Shown piece after piece: positions 14,647 through 20,000 of a DNA stretch of 20,000 nt (position 1 is the stretch's first letter; the number at the start of each line of letters is the position of its first letter). The notes under the pieces are model-generated. The model was not told where the DNA came from, searched no databases, and was given only the letters and a program-made list of their open reading frames with translations. The position numbers were made by a program, and so were the translations under genes. The DNA is from an uncultured virus (IMG/VR IMGVR_UViG_3300027751_000010). Lineage: Duplodnaviria > Heunggongvirae > Uroviricota > Caudoviricetes. The stretch is taken from IMG/VR virus record IMGVR_UViG_3300027751_000010, one strand, 5' to 3'.

Positions 14647-17469
14647 TTAGTAACTCATCCATTGTTTAGTAGATACACGTAACGTCGCGTTAGTTGTAAA
14701 CGTGTTTGTATATTGTACTTTTACTTTATTTGGTGAACCAGCAACAAACGTAGCTTGGAACGCAACCGCGCCAGTTAATCCAGTGTCACGCAATTCTGTT
14801 TGATCGTCCACCAACGTGGCTTCACCTGAATTTACAAGCGTGTTAGCAATGATCTTTAGTGTACCAATTGCTGTGTAATTATTAGCGCCAGCAACTGCGC
14901 CACCAATGTTCAAACTGTAGTCAACAAAAATAATATCTGCTGCCGCATCAATGTCAAATTCAAACCCAGTTACGTCAGCAAACACAGCCGTGCTTGCGGT
15001 CAGCGTGTATGCTGTTAGTAATGCATTGCCAGTAGTTGTTGGTGACGTTATAGCATCATCAACATACTTTTTATTTGGAATGTCATCGTCGGCTGTAACG
15101 TTTGTTTCATAATTTGTGGTTCCAAGAACCGTAACCAGTCCAGTACCTTTTGTTCGTAAATTTATACCAATGTTTGTGCCTGAACCAACAGCTTCTAAAA
15201 TAGGATCAGCGACACCGGGATTACCTGCGGTAAGCCGTAGATAATCTCCGCTACCAGTTCCATCACCAAAGAATTCTAATAATGGTGCAGTACCATTAAC
15301 ATCGTAAATGGTTGATGTGGAGTTCGGAACATCACCAAACACAGCAATGTTAAGACCCGAATCTGCTGTTCCGTGTGCTGGTTCTTGTCCTGATGCACTT
15401 GCTGGTCTAATGCGCACTGTACCGTTGATAGTATTACCAACGCCACCCATCAATACTACATCACCGCCTATGTCACCTACACATTCGCCACCCGCAATTT
15501 CTACCCAGCCGCCAATCGTGCCCGCTTCCGCTCCGCCGCGCCCAGTTCCACCTGTAATGTATACTGGTGGACCGTCTACTGTAGATGCTACAGATAGTGC
15601 AGTGTTGCCACCATTAATGTCTACGCCTGATCCTGGCCAGTCTGTGCTCGTTCCACCTACAATTTTTACCCTACCGTTAAACAGTGCGCTACCATTAGCA
15701 CCACCATTACCACCGTAAATAAATACGTTACCACCATCGTCACCGTTAACTTTGTCACTAACGTTACCACCAAGGATGCTTACTTCTCCAGCAGTTAAAA
15801 TACCATCACCGCTCCACATGTCAGCATAGCCACCAAAGTCTCCGCCGGCGCCGGCCTTCATTGCGACATCGCCACCAAAAGCATTATCATATAATAAGCT
15901 TCCAGTAGGGGAACCTGCTATAATTTCAACGGAGCCTCCGCCGTCAAATTGACCTCCTGCCCCACCGTAAATAGTAACCCACCCGCCGTCATTGTCAGCA
16001 CTCGCGCCGGCAGCTATACTAACATCACCGCCTAAGTTTGTACCGGCGGATACATCTCCACCGTTAATATTTACGGTTCCGCCAAACCCCGTTGTGGAAT
16101 AACCGCCTTCTAAAGTAAGGTCGCCGCCATTTGATACGCTTGCACCAGCAAGTAGTGGGCCCGCAGCTACTAATAAATTGCTTGCGGTTGCAGCACCACT
16201 TGTAATGGTATCTACAACCGTTAGGATGTTAGTACCATCCCACTGTAATGCACCAGCAGTATCAGTCCATATTGTGCCGTCGGAATTAAAAACTAGGTCG
16301 CCCGTTGCTTGACCAGTTAGGTTAGTATCAGTTAGACCAGCAAATGTGGTTGTGCCAGTTCCCGTTATTCTTATAGCATCGCTTGTTGTATCAACGTCAA
16401 TATTAATACCTGCGCCGCTAACAAATGTCAATTCATCAACTGTGCTGTCAGCACTAGCTGTACCAGTAGCCGCCCACGTAAATCCTGAGTCAGTATCCGT
16501 AACTGTCATATCGCGGAACGTTGGTGAACCAACTGAGGCGCCGCTTGTTGGAATTTGAATGTTTACTAGTGTAACAACTAGTGGACCAGCGTATACAGCA
16601 TTAATTAATGTTGCTGCATTTGAGCCTTGTAGTGCGTTGTCAAAGCCAGTTATAAATGCGTAGTATCCGTCAGGCTGAACTACAAACGCAGACGTAACTG
16701 ATTCTGTGTAGTTAGCTGTGCCTAAAATTAGTTCAAACCCAGCACCAGATCCGCTTGTGCTTTGTTGTGTAAGCGTAGTTGTAATACCTGGGGAAGTAGT
16801 AGCAGTCGTAATAGTAAATGTATCCACAGCACCAGCTGTAACAGTACCAACTGTAACTACAGTGCCATCTATCATTGTGATGGTGTCCGCTGGGGCATAT
16901 GGTGTTGTGCCACCACCGCCACCCGGTGTCCATGTTCCGTTTGTTCCTACGCCATCAAAATCTGTTTGATCTTGTGCTGCTATGGTATCAATCGGCGTAC
17001 CATCGTACTGTAGATTGCCTAGCGCACTACCATTTTGGTATGTGCCATAGCTACTTGCTTGGACAGCTAATAAAACGTTTGCAATAGTGTTTGCGGCGTC
17101 TACACCTGTATCAGCAGTAATAAAGACAACAGAGGCATCATCCCATAAAATATCATCAACTGTCAATACCACCGCAGGTGATGGTGCAGTAGTTAGATAT
17201 AAAACAAGGCTATCAAATTCAGATTGTGTGAGGGGAGATGAAAATAATGCAAATGCAATTTGCGTGTCTACAATAGTTTCAGCACCAGTGCCTACGCTAC
17301 CGTATGTCCTAACGCCGTAGGGAGGTTGGTCTGGGTCACCGCCGATCCACAATTCACCATCATCTGTGGTAAGAGCAAGCTCACCTGGACGAAGTGGTTG
17401 TGGGAGGTTCTCTTTTCTGCCTCTCCTATGCTGGATGCGCGATATTACTACTTGATTATTAGTTGTCAT
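14647..17469 (-). CDS. long fiber-like virion protein with Gly-rich repeats (paralog of 13422..14645)
   Basis: Same N-terminal IQHRRG..ENLPQPLR.GE.ALT.D domain, GGxVxIxGG repeats and the fiber motif DIPNKKYVD. Confidence 0.8.
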   Translation of the reverse strand: MTTNNQVVISRIQHRRGRKENLPQPLRPGELALTTDDGELWIGGDPDQPPYGVRTYGSVGTGAETIVDTQIAFALFSSPLTQSEFDSLVLYLTTAPSPAVVLTVDDILWDDASVVFITADTGVDAANTIANVLLAVQASSYGTYQNGSALGNLQYDGTPIDTIAAQDQTDFDGVGTNGTWTPGGGGGTTPYAPADTITMIDGTVVTVGTVTAGAVDTFTITTATTSPGITTTLTQQSTSGSGAGFELILGTANYTESVTSAFVVQPDGYYAFITGFDNALQGSNAATLINAVYAGPLVVTLVNIQIPTSGASVGSPTFRDMTVTDTDSGFTWAATGTASADSTVDELTFVSGAGINIDVDTTSDAIRITGTGTTTFAGLTDTNLTGQATGDLVFNSDGTIWTDTAGALQWDGTNILTVVDTITSGAATASNLLVAAGPLLAGASVSNGGDLTLEGGYSTTGFGGTVNINGGDVSAGTNLGGDVSIAAGASADNDGGWVTIYGGAGGQFDGGGSVEIIAGSPTGSLLYDNAFGGDVAMKAGAGGDFGGYADMWSGDGILTAGEVSILGGNVSDKVNGDDGGNVFIYGGNGGANGSALFNGRVKIVGGTSTDWPGSGVDINGGNTALSVASTVDGPPVYITGGTGRGGAEAGTIGGWVEIAGGECVGDIGGDVVLMGGVGNTINGTVRIRPASASGQEPAHGTADSGLNIAVFGDVPNSTSTIYDVNGTAPLLEFFGDGTGSGDYLRLTAGNPGVADPILEAVGSGTNIGINLRTKGTGLVTVLGTTNYETNVTADDDIPNKKYVDDAITSPTTTGNALLTAYTLTASTAVFADVTGFEFDIDAAADIIFVDYSLNIGGAVAGANNYTAIGTLKIIANTLVNSGEATLVDDQTELRDTGLTGAVAFQATFVAGSPNKVKVQYTNTFTTNATLRVSTKQWMSY
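15410..16128 (-). repeat. about 14 degenerate protein-level GGxVxIxGG repeats
   Basis: GGDLTLEGG, GGTVNINGG, GGDVSIAAG, GGWVTIYGG, GGSVEIIAG, GGDVAMKAG, GGNVFIYGG, GGWVEIAGG, GGDVVLMGG and others. Confidence 0.85.
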
Positions 17470-17507
17470 ACATAGAAACTCTCTTAATATGTTCCTATGT
17501 ATTTATC
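17468..17507 (-). promoter_or_regulatory. putative late promoter GATAAATA (17500-17507) plus a 12-bp hairpin covering the start codon
   Basis: GATAA-ATACATAGGAAC-atattaagaga-GTTTCTATGTAT-G, with 11 Watson-Crick pairs and 1 G-U pair. Confidence 0.75.
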
Positions 17508-17515
17508 TAAATTCT

Positions 17516-18175
17516 CTACATTGAGTAATACTTTTCTAAACGTTCCATCCACATAGAGCAGGCTTTATCCCAATCGTTACCTTCAACAACAAATTCCTGG
17601 TATTTACCATCCTGCGTAGCGATCATGATGACACCCTTCTTGATATTGGTGTTGTGCATCTCGTTATGTGCTAGACCATACGCCACTACCTGTAGTTTAT
17701 AGTCCGTAACCCACTCCTCTTTGCGGAAGCTTCGGCTATTCTTATAGTCCATCATTGTCTCAGCTTTCTGATGGACGCCAACGAGATCGGCGGTGCCAGC
17801 ATACAAACCCTCAGCGTACAGATTGACCTCCGTACCCCAGACCTCATCCACTTTGGAGAGACCCTCATTAATAATCTTCTTTGCCATGCCAACGGAAAAG
17901 ATGTTTCCTGCTGGAGGTGTCCCATCTTTCACATAATTTTCCAGTATGTTGTGCATACCAGTGCCAAGACCAGTAGACCGTTTCACGACCCGTGCTGCCT
18001 CAGCCTCACCCACACGCTTCTTCCACTCTTTGAGGAAGGTCATGTCTTTTGTCTTGCTGAGGATAGTCGTGACCGATGCCACTTTTTCGCCGTTGGGAGT
18101 TACGTACTGGCGACTGCCGCCGGCGTGTGTTATACTTTTGAGGGGTTTATATTCGTATGGATTTGTTACAATCAT
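17516..18175 (-). CDS. PD-(D/E)XK exonuclease (phage/MGME1-like)
   Basis: R.Y.TP.G, SVTTIL, GTGMH..LE, E..L....YAGTADL, DYKNS and Y.LQ..AY motifs. Confidence 0.9.
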   Translation of the reverse strand: MIVTNPYEYKPLKSITHAGGSRQYVTPNGEKVASVTTILSKTKDMTFLKEWKKRVGEAEAARVVKRSTGLGTGMHNILENYVKDGTPPAGNIFSVGMAKKIINEGLSKVDEVWGTEVNLYAEGLYAGTADLVGVHQKAETMMDYKNSRSFRKEEWVTDYKLQVVAYGLAHNEMHNTNIKKGVIMIATQDGKYQEFVVEGNDWDKACSMWMERLEKYYSM

Positions 18176-18180
18176 AATGC

Positions 18181-18209
18181 ATTATAACATAAAACAAGAT
18201 GAATGTCAA
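18181..18209 (-). promoter_or_regulatory. sigma70 consensus promoter P6 (TTGACA-N17-TATAAT, extended -10)
   Basis: TTGACAttcatcttgttttatgtTATAATgcattATG. The -35 box contains the TGA stop of the upstream gene. Confidence 0.92.
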
Positions 18210-18739
18210 GGGGTAACTGTAAGATGATTCTCGCCTATTACTCTTCCTTCAGAGTTTAGAACTTGCACAGTGGCTTTGCCTGTATACCGTGGATCAAGGG
18301 TTTTATAAGACCATATGCGCCAGCGATCACCACCAATATGAAATTTCTTTTCAAATATGATCTGACCTTGGTACATCCACCTATGTGTAATAACCTCACC
18401 AGCTAAGTTTGTTAGCTCTGTGTAAAAATATACGCGGTCTTGTCTAGCAGAGATACTACTAATATTGTCAACAGGTTCTTTATTGCCTATGTCAGATGTA
18501 AACACACCAACAACTGTGCCAGCAGCCTCTATTACAGTTTCATTCAAACGCTTCTTGTAATAGTTGAGCATAAATATATCTCGGTCAGTTCCGAGATCAT
18601 TATCAATTAATGCTTGTAGCTCATCAATCTGTCGTTCTAGCTCAAACGTGTATTCGTCGGTGTATGGGCTAGTTGCACCAGCAAGAACCGTTAGCGAAAC
18701 GAAGAACATGACTGCTATCAGTAATACCAAATTTTTCAT
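18206..18739 (-). CDS. exported protein with C-terminal DUF2914-like domain
   Basis: Signal peptide MKNLVLLIAVMFFVSLTVLAGA. C-terminal VYFYTEL....G..ITHRW...G.......IGG.RWR.WS.K.....G...V.V...G. Confidence 0.8.
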   Translation of the reverse strand: MKNLVLLIAVMFFVSLTVLAGATSPYTDEYTFELERQIDELQALIDNDLGTDRDIFMLNYYKKRLNETVIEAAGTVVGVFTSDIGNKEPVDNISSISARQDRVYFYTELTNLAGEVITHRWMYQGQIIFEKKFHIGGDRWRIWSYKTLDPRYTGKATVQVLNSEGRVIGENHLTVTP

Positions 18740-18750
18740 CGTGTGTCCTC

Positions 18751-19146
18751 TTATTCGTCAGTGTAGCTAATAGGTTGAAGCTTCTTAGCTTCGTCTTCTA
18801 ACCTATTTAGCCTGTCACGTAGCTCATCTAGTCTACGCTCAATATTCTTTTTATTAGCATTATCAACAGCGGTTGCTGTGCCATTTGCAATTTTGAACTC
18901 AATACTTACTAGGTCATCCTCGTAACTGCGAACAGATGATTTAACTAGGTCAATAGACAATGTATTGATTTCAGATCGAACACGATAATTCAATTCCTCT
19001 TTGGTGGCGAGTCCTTCAATATATGTTGTGATCGAATCGTATGCCGTATAACTTGCGCCCGCAGCAGCAAACAGAACTGACAGTGCAGCTCCGATAAGTT
19101 TTAAGTGCGCGGCGTTGATTGCTGGCGTCGGTACTTTAGTGGCCAT
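18751..19146 (-). CDS. membrane-anchored coiled-coil protein
   Basis: Single N-terminal hydrophobic helix (LIGAALSVLFAAAGA) followed by a heptad-rich region. TAAGGA RBS. Confidence 0.75.
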   Translation of the reverse strand: MATKVPTPAINAAHLKLIGAALSVLFAAAGASYTAYDSITTYIEGLATKEELNYRVRSEINTLSIDLVKSSVRSYEDDLVSIEFKIANGTATAVDNANKKNIERRLDELRDRLNRLEDEAKKLQPISYTDE

Positions 19147-19155
19147 TAATTATCC

Positions 19156-20000
19156 TTACCAAATAATATACCACTGCATTGTATTTGCAGTAGCTGGGTT
19201 TACTTGGGCGCGGATGTTATATCCTAACGCCGTGAAATAGTCTTGTATGAATTCAATTTGATCGGTCAGTACACGATCAGAAGATTGCACACTCACTACA
19301 TTATAGTATAGTGGTGCATTAGTTCCCCAGTCATTGAGGTCTGGATCAATAACAGGACTAGCAATAGCACTAGAACCTGAAGATGTTTGGGCTGCTGTGA
19401 TTGTAATGGTATCAGTAGTTGAGTAGCCATATCCACCGTCTGTTACCTGTATAGAGTCGATAACACCAGCAGTAATGTCAGTGGCGCCAATGTCTAACAC
19501 AGCTCCTTGCCCTGTTGCGCTGGTTACCGTTGCTGTTGGGTATAGAATATTATAGCTTACACCACCATCCAAAATAGTAACACCAGTTATTACACCGCTG
19601 GTAACATTTACTGCACCATCAAATCCAGCACCATTTGGGTGCGTTATGGTAACCGTAGCAACAACTGCGTCGTACCCTGTACCATTTGTGGTAATATCTA
19701 TTGTGAGGACACCACCTGTCCCATTAATTGAATTAACAGTGGCTACAAAATCTACACCAGTGCCTGCTGCTCTAACGGCCGGAACAATATCACCAATTAC
19801 ATAGCCTGTACCAGGAGTCGTAACAGCATAGGCTGTAATTCCGCCGGCACTATCAACATAAGGAACAATAACAGCGTCACCGTTTCCAACACCAGTCATG
19901 TTAATAGTAGATTCGACTGGTTCGTATCCCGTACCAGGAACAGCTACAGTAAATCCAGTAATTACTCCGCCATTAACCACAGGAATAACTGAACCATTTA
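19156..20000 (-). CDS. virion structural protein with IxxIxVxxxGxGY repeats, 5' end beyond window
   Basis: The frame is open to the right edge (…NGSVIPVVNGG…). Five repeats: ITGFTVAVPGTGY, ITAYAVTTPGTGY, VLTIDITTNGTGY, ITGVTILDGGVSY and IDSIQVTDGGYGY. Confidence 0.85.
   Translation of the reverse strand, partial: NGSVIPVVNGGVITGFTVAVPGTGYEPVESTINMTGVGNGDAVIVPYVDSAGGITAYAVTTPGTGYVIGDIVPAVRAAGTGVDFVATVNSINGTGGVLTIDITTNGTGYDAVVATVTITHPNGAGFDGAVNVTSGVITGVTILDGGVSYNILYPTATVTSATGQGAVLDIGATDITAGVIDSIQVTDGGYGYSTTDTITITAAQTSSGSSAIASPVIDPDLNDWGTNAPLYYNVVSVQSSDRVLTDQIEFIQDYFTALGYNIRAQVNPATANTMQWYIIW

Noticed and set aside
13422..17469. Diversity-generating retroelement suggested by the Mtd_N-like domains
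   Set aside because: No reverse transcriptase, no TR/VR near-identical nucleotide pair with adenine-specific mismatches, and no C-type lectin C-terminus were seen in the window.
17516..18175. Cas4 / CRISPR association of the nuclease
   Set aside because: It lacks the four-Cys Fe-S motif, and no repeat-spacer array is visible in the window.
1..20000. Stop-codon reassignment as seen in some jumbo phages
   Set aside because: TAA, TAG and TGA all end full-length recognisable genes, and coding density is already near complete under code 11.
1..20000. tRNA or other ncRNA genes
   Set aside because: The largest intergenic gaps are only about 70 nt and are occupied by promoters, RBSs or a terminator. 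No cloverleaf was seen.

Overview
This 20-kb window appears to come from a large (jumbo, T4-distant-like) tailed phage genome. It is densely coding, uses the standard genetic code, and all credible genes lie on the minus strand. In transcription order (right to left) it holds: a truncated virion protein with xGxGY repeats, a TM/coiled-coil protein, a secreted DUF2914-like protein, a PD-(D/E)XK exonuclease, two paralogous fiber-like proteins with Mtd_N-like N-termini, a PKD-domain virion protein and a 1377-aa mosaic virion protein. These are followed by a conserved hypothetical, a class II (B12) ribonucleotide reductase, an Sm-like protein, several hypotheticals, a metallophosphoesterase, a DUF5658-like membrane protein, a HAD nucleotidase, thymidylate synthase, two tandem paralogous coiled-coil proteins and a GTP cyclohydrolase I (folE) that runs off the left edge and is missing from the ORF track. 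The most notable signal is regulatory. There are six near-perfect sigma70 promoters with 17-bp spacers, three of them apparently leaderless and two (thyA and the nrdJ operon) sharing an extended motif. There are also four intergenic GATAAATA boxes resembling T4 late promoters. In two of these, an RNA hairpin starts inside the box and pairs over the translation start, suggesting a transcript-length-dependent early/late translation switch. All assignments come from motif recognition; no database searches were run.
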